From assembly GCA_023265315.1 (NCBI GenBank), contig JAHFUA010000004.1:2487-66486 (forward strand): a DNA stretch of 64,000 nucleotides. The letters run 5' to 3'. Numbering within the stretch: position 1 is the first letter of the stretch; each line of letters starts with the position of its first letter. This document shows, one piece after another, positions 46,300 through 54,175 of this stretch. The notes under the pieces are model-generated. The model did not search any database, had not been told where the DNA came from, and was given only the letters and a program-made list of their open reading frames with translations. The DNA comes from Acidobacteriota bacterium (GTDB lineage: Bacteria; Acidobacteriota; Terriglobia; Terriglobales; Acidobacteriaceae). A program made the translations under genes and the position numbers.

Positions 46300-47580
46300 A
46301 TGTGTTTGCGAAACGTGGTCTTCTGCACGCTCGTCTTGTGCCTTGCAGCCTGCGCCCAGCATCCACCTAAGAAGCCCGCGCCGGACTGGCGCGCCATTCA
46401 CCAGTCGGCCATCATCATCGACGGCCATGCCGACACGCCCCAGCGCTTCGTCGGTGAAGGCTTCGATATGGGCTCCGACGCCGGCGAGGGCCACATGGAC
46501 CTGGCCAAAGTCCGCGCCGGCAATCTGGGCGCGCAGTTCTTCTCCATCTGGCCGGACCTGGAGCGCTATCGCGGGCACTATCCGCGGCGCACCCTGGAGC
46601 TGATCGACTCGGTGTACCAGCAGGTGGCACGGCATCCCGACCGCATGATGATGGCCTTCACCGCCGACGACATCGTGCGCGCGCATGCACAACACAAGCT
46701 GGCGACGCTCATGGGCATCGAGGGCGGACACGCCATCGACGACAGCCTCGGCCTGCTGCGCGACTACTATCGCCTGGGCGTCCGCTACATGACGCTGACG
46801 CACTACGAGACCATCGACTGGGCCGATTCCTCCGGCGACATCGACGATCCCAACGTCAAGCACCACAACGGCCTCACCGATTTCGGTGTGGAGGTGGTGC
46901 GGGAGATGAACCGCCTGGGGATGCTGGTGGATATCTCGCACGTTAGCGACCGCACCTTTTACCGCACGCTGGTGATTTCGCGCGCCCCGGTGATCGCCTC
47001 GCATTCGTCCTCACGCGCGCTCACCGCCGCGCCACGGAACATGACCGACGACATGCTGCGCGCGCTCGCCCGCAACGGCGGCGTCGCCATGGTCAACTTC
47101 AACGCCGCCTTCGTGGACGAAAACTACCGCCGCGCCTGGGAGGCGCAGAAGCCCGAATTCGACAAGGCCATCGAAGCCGCGCGCGAAAACGACAAGGCCG
47201 CCGGCAAGCCCTTCACCTTCGAGGAAGAAGTGAAGCTGGAAAAGGAATGGGCGGGGAAGATCCCGCGCCCGCCATTTAGGTCGCTGATTGACCATATCGA
47301 CCACATGGCCAAAGTAGCGGGCGTCGATCACGTGGGCCTGGGCTCGGATTTCGATGGCGTCGCGGCCCTGCCGGAAGGCATGGATTCCGTGGCCGACTTG
47401 CCCAAGATCACCCAGGCACTGGTGGAGCGCGGCTACACCGCCGAGGAGATCCACAAGATCCTGGGTGGCAACCTGCTGCGCGTCCTGCGCTGGTGCGAGC
47501 AGGTGGCGCGCGAACTGCAGAGGGAGAAGCCGCTCGGAGCCCAGCCGCTTTCCGGGCCCGAGGTGGTCAGGCCCAGGTAG
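46300..47580 (+). CDS. membrane dipeptidase (peptidase family M19), lipoprotein signal
   Basis: Lipobox LCLAAC plus IIDGHADTP, HYETIDWADS, DISHVSD and GLGSDFDG. Confidence 0.88.
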   Translation: MCLRNVVFCTLVLCLAACAQHPPKKPAPDWRAIHQSAIIIDGHADTPQRFVGEGFDMGSDAGEGHMDLAKVRAGNLGAQFFSIWPDLERYRGHYPRRTLELIDSVYQQVARHPDRMMMAFTADDIVRAHAQHKLATLMGIEGGHAIDDSLGLLRDYYRLGVRYMTLTHYETIDWADSSGDIDDPNVKHHNGLTDFGVEVVREMNRLGMLVDISHVSDRTFYRTLVISRAPVIASHSSSRALTAAPRNMTDDMLRALARNGGVAMVNFNAAFVDENYRRAWEAQKPEFDKAIEAARENDKAAGKPFTFEEEVKLEKEWAGKIPRPPFRSLIDHIDHMAKVAGVDHVGLGSDFDGVAALPEGMDSVADLPKITQALVERGYTAEEIHKILGGNLLRVLRWCEQVARELQREKPLGAQPLSGPEVVRPR

Positions 47581-47600
47581 AATGCTGGACGGTCCCTCGT

Positions 47601-47644
47601 ACAGACGCAGCATGCTGTGTCTCTCATGCTGTGTCTCTCATGTG
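47601..47644. repeat. palindrome family P copy with 14-bp tandem duplication of its right arm (CATGCTGTGTCTCT x2 + CATGTG)
   Basis: ACAGACGCAGCATGCTGTGTCTCT starts 21 nt after the dipeptidase stop. The duplication at 47611-47624 and 47625-47638 was read directly. Confidence 0.85.
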
Positions 47645-47647
47645 TTT

Positions 47648-47757
47648 CGGAGGGGCGCAGCTTTAGCTGCGCCGAGAAGAAAAATAAGAATTGTCATCCT
47701 GAGCGCCGCCCGAACGAGCGTAGCGAGCGAGGGCCCGCGAAGGACCTGCTTTTGAAA
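47648..47757. repeat. family-A composite, single-arm copy: GGCGCAGC-TTTA-GCTGCGCC hairpin + spacer + one arm (TGTCATCCTGAGCG...GGACCTGCTTTTGAAAA)
   Basis: The arm 47692-47757 matches the reverse complement of 52225-52290 at about 61 of 66 positions by manual alignment. Confidence 0.8.
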
Positions 47758-47782
47758 ACCAGAATGTAAGGAGTCATTTCGA

Positions 47783-48406
47783 ATGCGCAATATCCTGTTT
47801 GCGTTGCTGTTCGCCACCCTGACGCTTCCCGTCCTGGCTGAGGAAAGACCCGGCGGCCCGGCCGCAGCCGAGCCCACCGCCGTCTTCGACACCAGCATGG
47901 GCACGCTCCGCTGCAAGCTGTTCCCCAAGGAAGCGCCCAAGACGGTGGCCAACTTCATCGGCCTCGCCGACGGCACCAAGGACTGGAAGGACCCGGCCAC
48001 CGGGCAGACCAAGCACGGCGTGCCGCTCTACAGCGGGACCATCTTCCACCGGGTGATCCCCGAGTTCATGATCCAGGGCGGCGACCCGCTGGGTACCGGC
48101 ACCGGCGATCCCGGGTACAAATTCGCCGATGAGATCCTGCCCTCGCTGACCTTCGACCGTCCCGGGCGGCTGGCCATGGCCAATGCCGGACCCGGAACCA
48201 ACGGATCCCAGTTCTTCATCACCGAGAAGCCTGCGCCCTGGCTGAACGGACGCCACACCATCTTCGGGCAGTGCGACGACGCAAGCGTCGAACTGGTGAA
48301 GAAGATCGCGCGCGTGCCGAAAGGCCCCGGGGACAGGCCCACAACGCCGGTGCGCATCAACAAGATCGTGATCGAGCGCGGAGCCGCGAAAGCTACAAAG
48401 CAGTGA
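47783..48406 (+). CDS. peptidylprolyl isomerase (cyclophilin type), secreted
   Basis: Signal peptide plus FHRVIPEFMIQGGDP and NGSQFFIT. RBS AAGGAG. Confidence 0.9.
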   Translation: MRNILFALLFATLTLPVLAEERPGGPAAAEPTAVFDTSMGTLRCKLFPKEAPKTVANFIGLADGTKDWKDPATGQTKHGVPLYSGTIFHRVIPEFMIQGGDPLGTGTGDPGYKFADEILPSLTFDRPGRLAMANAGPGTNGSQFFITEKPAPWLNGRHTIFGQCDDASVELVKKIARVPKGPGDRPTTPVRINKIVIERGAAKATKQ

Positions 48407-48413
48407 AGAACGT

Positions 48414-48470
48414 TGTCCCTCGACTCGCGCTCGGCTCGCGGGCTCGCCTCGCGCTTCGCTCGGGATGACA
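48414..48470. repeat. short family-A hairpin, subfamily 2 (TGTCCCTCGACTCGCG...CGCTCGGGATGACA)
   Basis: 57-bp hairpin between the two cyclophilin genes; a near-twin of 19671-19719. Confidence 0.8.
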
Positions 48471-48487
48471 CGTATTAGGAGGGTTTG

Positions 48488-49015
48488 ATGCCACGCCAGC
48501 CTGGAACCTACGCCACGTTTGATACCAGCGAAGGCACCATCGTCTGCCGCCTGTTCGAGGAGGAAGCGCCCAAGACGGTCGCCAATTTCGTCGACCTCGC
48601 CGAAGGCAAGCGCGAGTGGACGCATCCGGTCTCGCGCAAGAAGTCCACAGACCGTCTCTACGACGGCACCATCTTCCACCGCGTCATCCCCAACTTCATG
48701 ATCCAGGGCGGCGACCCGGCCGGCACCGGCATGGGCGGCCCCGGCTATCGCTTCGAGGACGAGACCAAGGGCTCGCCGCACAAGTTCGACAAGGCGGGCA
48801 AGCTGGCCATGGCCAACGCCGGTCCTAACACCAACGGCAGCCAGTTTTTCATCACCGTGGCGCCCACGGCCTGGCTCACCGGCAACCACACCATTTTCGG
48901 CGAGGTGGTGGAAGGACAGAACGTCGCCGACAAGATCGCCAACCTCCCGCGCGGCGCACAGGACCGTCCGGTGAAGGAAGTGAAGCTGAAGTCGGTGACT
49001 ATCGAACGGGCGTAG
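48488..49015 (+). CDS. peptidylprolyl isomerase (cyclophilin type), cytoplasmic
   Basis: FHRVIPNFMIQGGDP and NGSQFFIT, with no signal peptide. ATG 48488 follows AGGAGGG. Confidence 0.9.
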   Translation: MPRQPGTYATFDTSEGTIVCRLFEEEAPKTVANFVDLAEGKREWTHPVSRKKSTDRLYDGTIFHRVIPNFMIQGGDPAGTGMGGPGYRFEDETKGSPHKFDKAGKLAMANAGPNTNGSQFFITVAPTAWLTGNHTIFGEVVEGQNVADKIANLPRGAQDRPVKEVKLKSVTIERA

Positions 49016-49028
49016 CCCAGAAACCTAC

Positions 49029-49083
49029 CGCGGATTAACGCGGATGGCCGCGGATCTCGGTACTCGGTACTTGGTACACGGTA
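49029..49083. repeat. composite repeat: CGCGGAT x3 (10-nt spacing) followed by heptamers CTCGGTA CTCGGTA CTTGGTA CACGGTA
   Basis: Same two motif families, in the same order, as 11085-11205. It ends at the nadK stop (49084-49086) and lies between convergent genes. Confidence 0.85.
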
Positions 49084-49947
49084 CTATCTTTCCCCCCACT
49101 TCAATTTCATCCGCAGCACATCGAAGAAAGTTCGATCGGCGTGGCGCAGCAGGTGCACCTCGCGCGCGGATTTCTTGCAGGTGATGTGGTCGCCTTCGAC
49201 CACGGGGATGCCCACCTGGCCGTCCACGGTGAGGAAAGCTTCTTCCGGAGTGGCGTTCACCAGGATCGTCACGATGCGGCTGTCCTTCACCACCACCGGC
49301 CGATGAGTGAGCATGTGTGGAGAAATGGGAGTGATAATGAACGCGTTCACCTCGGGGGAAACCACGGGTCCGCCGGCGGCCAGGGAGTAGGCGGTGGAAC
49401 CGGTGGGCGTGGCCACGATGAGCCCGTCGGCGCGGTAGCTGGCGACGAAGCGGTCGTCCACCCGGATCTCGAATTCCAGGATGCGCGCCATGGCGCTCTT
49501 GTGGATGACGGCGTCGTTGAGCGCATCGAAGTGCGCCACGCGCTCGCCTTGCCGCATGAGATGGCAGTGCAGCATGCTGCGCACTTCCACCGCGCAGCGG
49601 TTCTCGACCACCGCCTCCAGCGTGGGATAGAGCTCGGAGAGCGAGACCTCAGTCAGAAAGCCGAGCGTGCCCAGGTTGACGCCGAGCACCGGAATCTTGG
49701 CCTCGGCCAGAGCGCGCGCCGCGGCCAGCATGGTGCCGTCGCCGCCCAGTACCAGCACGAACTCAGGCTTCTTGGCGGCCAGCTCGTCGCGCGGCAAGGC
49801 GGGATGCGAAGGTAGATACGAGCCGGTCTCCTGATCGATCAAGACCTCGTAGCCGTGGCGCCTTAACCAGTCCGCCACCTCGGGAGCCACGCGCTCCAGC
49901 GCCGGCTGCGACGGCTTCGACATGATGGCGACAGTCTTCACGGGCAT
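49084..49947 (-). CDS. nadK: NAD kinase
   Basis: Motifs GGDGTML, NLGTLGFL and ATPTGSTAYSLAAGG. Confidence 0.92.
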   Translation of the reverse strand: MPVKTVAIMSKPSQPALERVAPEVADWLRRHGYEVLIDQETGSYLPSHPALPRDELAAKKPEFVLVLGGDGTMLAAARALAEAKIPVLGVNLGTLGFLTEVSLSELYPTLEAVVENRCAVEVRSMLHCHLMRQGERVAHFDALNDAVIHKSAMARILEFEIRVDDRFVASYRADGLIVATPTGSTAYSLAAGGPVVSPEVNAFIITPISPHMLTHRPVVVKDSRIVTILVNATPEEAFLTVDGQVGIPVVEGDHITCKKSAREVHLLRHADRTFFDVLRMKLKWGER

Positions 49948-49950
49948 TTC

Positions 49951-50006
49951 TGATTGGTGATTTGTGATTGGTGATTTGCCGTCGCTAAATCACAAATCAC
50001 AAATCC
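49951..50006. repeat. inverted pair of heptamer arrays (TGATTGG TGATTTG TGATTGG TGATTTG / AAATCAC AAATCAC AAATCC)
   Basis: It fills essentially the whole 59-nt tlyA-nadK spacer. The arms are complementary around the 8-nt loop CCGTCGCT. Confidence 0.88.
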
Positions 50007-50753
50007 TTAAAAGACGCCATATAGCAGGAACTCCCGGTTGCCCTCCGCTCCCAGGATTGGGGAATCGATCGCGTCGGTCTGGGCAGCGCCGAGTTCGAGA
50101 ACGGCGCGGCGAACTTTCTCGACCGCTTCCATCTGCGCCCGCGCATCGCGCACGATCCCGCCCTTGCCCACTGCTTCCCTTCCCGCCTCGAACTGCGGCT
50201 TCACCAGCACTACCAGCTCGAGCCGGCGGCGGGCTCCGCCGCGTGCCGCGCGGATGACGGCCGGCAGCACGAGTGTAGCAGAGATGAACGACACGTCCAT
50301 GGCGACCAGGTCCACCGGCTCGCCCACGTCTTGCGGCTTGAGGTAACGGGCGTTGGTGCGCTCGCGCAGGCGCACGCGCGGGTCCTGGCGCAAACGATGC
50401 GCCATCTGGCCGTAGCCGGTGTCGATGGCGATGACCCGTGCCGCGCCGTGCTGCAACAGGCAGTCGGTGAAGCCGCCGGTCGAAGCTCCGACGTCCATGC
50501 ACGCTCGCCCGCGCACCTCGATGTGCCAATGCGCGAGCGCCTTCTCCAGCTTCACTCCGCCGCGGCTGACGTATTTGAGATCCTCGCCCAGGATGCGGAC
50601 GTCTGCGCCCGCATCGACGGCGGCGCCCGCCTTCTCCACCTTCTGCTCGTTCACCAGCACCTTGCCGGCCAGCACCAGCGCCTGAGCGCGCTCGCGCGAG
50701 GCGGCCAGACCGCGCTCGACCAGCAGCTTGTCGAGACGAACCTTTGGGGACAT
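50007..50753 (-). CDS. tlyA: TlyA-family rRNA (cytidine-2'-O)-methyltransferase
   Basis: N-terminal S4-like RLDKLLVERGL and the methyltransferase motif DVGASTGGFTD. Confidence 0.88.
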   Translation of the reverse strand: MSPKVRLDKLLVERGLAASRERAQALVLAGKVLVNEQKVEKAGAAVDAGADVRILGEDLKYVSRGGVKLEKALAHWHIEVRGRACMDVGASTGGFTDCLLQHGAARVIAIDTGYGQMAHRLRQDPRVRLRERTNARYLKPQDVGEPVDLVAMDVSFISATLVLPAVIRAARGGARRRLELVVLVKPQFEAGREAVGKGGIVRDARAQMEAVEKVRRAVLELGAAQTDAIDSPILGAEGNREFLLYGVF

Positions 50754-50928
50754 AACTGTCGTGTGCGGGCAGGAACAGCATAAACAGGAACGGCATAAAA
50801 TGGAGGCGCCAGGATCAAGAATAGGGCGGCTGCGGCCTTAGCATTTCAACCGCCGTGATCCGCCCTCGCCATTGTGCAAACAGATGAATCGGCAGCAGTT
50901 ACGGGAGGTTAGAGCCTTCTAATCCTGG

Positions 50929-50949
50929 TTATCCACAAAATTTTCCACA
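50929..50949. promoter_or_regulatory. two DnaA-box-like 9-mers: TTATCCACA (perfect) and TTTTCCACA, 3 nt apart
   Basis: Read directly in an AT-richer patch of the SDR-tlyA spacer. Confidence 0.35.
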
Positions 50950-51004
50950 GCTGTGTTGAAAAATCTCGACCGGACTATCGAGGTGCCAGCCACCCCCCTC
51001 ATTG

Positions 51005-51739
51005 TTATGACTCCAAGGCCAATCCGCCATCCACCCCGAGCACCTGGCCGGTGATGAAGTGAGGGCCGGTGGCAAAGAACATGACGGCGGCGGCGACTTC
51101 CGCGGGAGTGCCGGCGCGCTTCATCGGGGTTTTCCGCGCGACGTGGCGAAGGAACGCGGTGGGCTGCGAGCTGCCGGTGGAGATCATGCCCGGCGAAACG
51201 CAGTTGACGGAGACCTCCGGCGCGAGCGCCTTGGCCGTGACCTGAGTCAGCATGATGAGGGCAGCCTTGGAGCCGCAGTAGTGAGCGTGGCTGGCCCAGG
51301 GACGCAGCCCGCCCAGCGATGCGATGTTGATGATGCGTCCCTTGCGTGCGCGCAGCAGGGGAGCCGCCAGGCGCGACATCAGGAACGGCCCGCGGGTGTT
51401 GGTGGCGAACATGTCGTCCCATTGGCGGGTGGTGATCTTTTCGAAATCCATGGTGTCGTAGGCGCCGGCGTTGTTGACCAGAACGTCCAGTCCGCCGAAC
51501 TTCACCTTGAGCTGGCGGAGTGCGGCAGCAACGCTCTTCTCGTCGCGCACGTCGCAACGCAGCGCCAGCGCGCGAACGCCGCGCGCCTTCAGGTCGGCGA
51601 GCGTCCGGCGGGCGTCCTCGGCGGAGGAGAGGTAGGTGAAGGCCACGTCAGCGCCGGCTGCGGCCATGGCCATGGCGATGGCGCGTCCGATGCGGCGCGC
51701 GCCTCCGGTGACCAAAATGGACTTGTTCCTCATCGGCAT
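51005..51739 (-). CDS. SDR family oxidoreductase
   Basis: TGGARRIG and YCGSK motifs. ATG 51739 or 51733. Confidence 0.85.
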   Translation of the reverse strand: MPMRNKSILVTGGARRIGRAIAMAMAAAGADVAFTYLSSAEDARRTLADLKARGVRALALRCDVRDEKSVAAALRQLKVKFGGLDVLVNNAGAYDTMDFEKITTRQWDDMFATNTRGPFLMSRLAAPLLRARKGRIINIASLGGLRPWASHAHYCGSKAALIMLTQVTAKALAPEVSVNCVSPGMISTGSSQPTAFLRHVARKTPMKRAGTPAEVAAAVMFFATGPHFITGQVLGVDGGLALES

Positions 51740-51806
51740 CGTCGGGGATTGTAACAGTCGCCAGTCGCGGGTCGTGAGCACGCTCGGATTTTGTTACACT
51801 CACGCC

Positions 51807-52052
51807 ATGAGCGCGGCGCACCAGGTGATCGTCTACTCGCGCAAAGGGTGTCACTTGTGCGAGATCGTGAAAGAATCGCTTTCGAAACTGGAGCGGCGGG
51901 GCGGTTTCACCTGGCGCGAAGTGGACGTGGACTCCGACGATGCTTTGCGGCGGCAGTTCACCGATGAGGTGCCGGTGGTCTTCATCAACGGCAAAAAGGC
52001 CTTCAAGTACCGCATGGCGGAAAGGGATTTTCTGAGGAAGCTGGAAGCGTAA
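51807..52052 (+). CDS. glutaredoxin-like thioredoxin-fold protein
   Basis: 81 aa with VIVYSRKGCHLCE (CxxC) and VPVVFINGK. Confidence 0.8.
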   Translation: MSAAHQVIVYSRKGCHLCEIVKESLSKLERRGGFTWREVDVDSDDALRRQFTDEVPVVFINGKKAFKYRMAERDFLRKLEA

Positions 52053-52093
52053 GGGTTGTTTTCCGCTGCCGCGGCGAATTCTATTACATTCGT

Positions 52094-52330
52094 CTTCCGG
52101 AGGGGCGCGGCTTTTAGCCGCGCCGGAAGATGAGATAAGAATTGTCACCCTGAGCGCTGCCCGACCTGAGCTTGCGAAGGGAGGGCGAGCGAAGGACCTG
52201 CTTCTCGGCGTTGTCGCTGCAACCTTTCAAAAGCAGGTCCTTCGCTGGCGCTCGCTCGCTGCGCTCGTTCGGGCACCGCTCAGGATGACAACACGGTAGG
52301 CTATTTAGCGGCACGGCTGAAGGCCGTGCC
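52094..52330. repeat. complete family-A composite: hairpin (52094-52128) + inverted-repeat element (52143-52290, TGTCACCCTGAGCG...CGCTCAGGATGACA) + hairpin (52310-52330)
   Basis: 148-bp element with arms complementary over about 65 nt, flanked by the GC hairpins CTTCCGGAGGGGCGCGGC-TTTTA-GCCGCGCCGGAAG and GGCACGGC-TGAAG-GCCGTGCC. Confidence 0.88.
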
Positions 52331-52384
52331 CTGACACGATCCAGACGCAACAGATTGCGGCTCCTGAACGAAACGGGGGCGGTC

Positions 52385-54163
52385 ATGAAATGGGCTTTGC
52401 CAGGTGTCCTTTCGGTCATGCTTGCGACGACGATAACCGGCTCTGCTGCTGACCCCGGCGTGGACGCGCGCCGGAAACAACTGAACGCCGTGCTGGAAGG
52501 CGAATGGGAATACGCGCTGCGCACCCATCCCGAGTTCGCCACCTATGTGGGCGACAGCCGCTACAACGACAAGCTCAGCGATCATTCTCCCCAGGAGGTT
52601 GAACGCGACCTGAAGCACGCGCAAGAGGCGCTGAAGCGCATCGAGGCCATCGACACCGTCGGGTTCCCGGAGCAGGAGAAGCTGAACAAGGCACTGGCGG
52701 TGCGCGGGCTGCGCGAGCAGATCGAAGCTGTGCCCCTCAAGGAATGGGAGATGCCGGTCAACCAGATGGGCGGCATTCACTTGGAGTACGCCGCCATGCC
52801 GTCGCAACTGCCGTTCCGCACGGTGAAGGACTACGAAGACTACCTGGCGCGCCTGCGCCAGATGCCGCGCGCTTTCGAGCAGACCGTCACCGTGATGCGG
52901 CTGGGCCTGAAGGACCGCATGGTGCCGCCGCGCTATGTGCTGGAGAAAGTGGCCAGGCAGGCCGAGGACATCGCCGACAAGCCGCCGGAAGCGAGTCCGT
53001 TCGCGAAACCCGTGCTGAAGTTCCCCTCCGGCATTTCGGAGGCCGATCAGAAGCGGCTGCACGATGCCGTGCTGGCGGCGGTGAAGAACGAGGTTGGGCC
53101 CGCGTACTCGAAGTTCGCCAAGTTCGTGCACGCCAAATATGCACCCCACGGCCGCACCGACTACGGGGTGTGGGCGCTGCCCAACGGGGACGCCATTTAT
53201 CGCTTCGACGTGCGGCAGATGACCACCACCGACCTGGGGCCGGAGGAGATCCACCGCCTGGGCCTCAAGCAGGTGGAGCAGATCGAAGCCGAGATGCTGA
53301 AGATCGCCCGGCAGCAGGGCTTCAGCGATCTGAAGAGCTTCAACCAGCACATCCGCACCGACCGCAAGCTCTACGCCACCTCGGGCCAGCAGTTGCTCGA
53401 TCTCTATCAGCACTACACCGACCAGATGTACGCCAAGCTGCCGCAACTATTCGGGCACCTGCCGCAGAACAAGCTGGAGGTGGTGCCGATGGAGGCCTAT
53501 CGCGCGCCCGACGCGGTGCCTGCAGATTACTCGCCGGGAGCGCCCAAGTCGGGGCGGCCGGGGCGGATCAACGTCAACGAATACGCTCCCGAGAAGCGGT
53601 TGCTGCTGAACGCGGAGGCGATCGCGTATCACGAGGGCATCCCCGGGCACCATCTGCAATTCACCATCGCCGCGGAGCTGCCGGAACTGCCGCCGTTCCG
53701 CAAGTATGCTGAGTTCACCGGCTATTCCGAAGGCTGGGCCTTTTACTCGGAACGGCTGGCCAAAGAAGTCGGCTTCTACCAGGATCCCTACAGCGAGTAC
53801 GGCCGGCTGGGGAACGAGATGTGGCGGGCGGTGCGGCTGGTGGTGGATACCGGCGTGCATTCCAAACACTGGTCGCGCGACCAGATGCTGGACTTCTTCC
53901 GCCAGCACACCGCGATGGACGAGCAGAATATCGTGACCGAGGTAGACCGCTACATCGTCTGGCCGGGACAGTCGCTGGCCTACAAGCTGGGGCAGATGAA
54001 GATCATCGAATTGCGCGAGCGGGCGCGCCGACGGCTCGGCGAGAGGTTCGATATCCGCACCTTCCACGACGCGGTGCTGGACGAGGGGCCGGTCCCGCTG
54101 GATGTGCTGGAACAGCGCATGGACCAGTGGATCGCCTCGCAGAAAACCAGCGCCGGGCAGTAA
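52385..54163 (+). CDS. DUF885 domain-containing protein (secreted metallopeptidase-like)
   Basis: Signal peptide and the HEGIPGHH motif typical of DUF885. ATG 52385. Confidence 0.8.
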   Translation: MKWALPGVLSVMLATTITGSAADPGVDARRKQLNAVLEGEWEYALRTHPEFATYVGDSRYNDKLSDHSPQEVERDLKHAQEALKRIEAIDTVGFPEQEKLNKALAVRGLREQIEAVPLKEWEMPVNQMGGIHLEYAAMPSQLPFRTVKDYEDYLARLRQMPRAFEQTVTVMRLGLKDRMVPPRYVLEKVARQAEDIADKPPEASPFAKPVLKFPSGISEADQKRLHDAVLAAVKNEVGPAYSKFAKFVHAKYAPHGRTDYGVWALPNGDAIYRFDVRQMTTTDLGPEEIHRLGLKQVEQIEAEMLKIARQQGFSDLKSFNQHIRTDRKLYATSGQQLLDLYQHYTDQMYAKLPQLFGHLPQNKLEVVPMEAYRAPDAVPADYSPGAPKSGRPGRINVNEYAPEKRLLLNAEAIAYHEGIPGHHLQFTIAAELPELPPFRKYAEFTGYSEGWAFYSERLAKEVGFYQDPYSEYGRLGNEMWRAVRLVVDTGVHSKHWSRDQMLDFFRQHTAMDEQNIVTEVDRYIVWPGQSLAYKLGQMKIIELRERARRRLGERFDIRTFHDAVLDEGPVPLDVLEQRMDQWIASQKTSAGQ

Positions 54164-54175
54164 TGCCGCCGCCGT

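Noticed and set aside
50880-50960. Chromosomal replication origin
   Set aside because: There are only two DnaA-box-like 9-mers, no dnaA/dnaN neighbourhood, no obvious AT-rich unwinding element repeats, and no further boxes nearby. I kept it only as a possible DnaA-binding regulatory site.
50919-51557. 212-aa minus-strand ORF overlapping the SDR gene
   Set aside because: It is an alternative frame of the clear SDR gene (TGGARRIG, YCGSK motifs). Its translation is Arg/His/Gly-rich junk that extends into the DnaA-box spacer.
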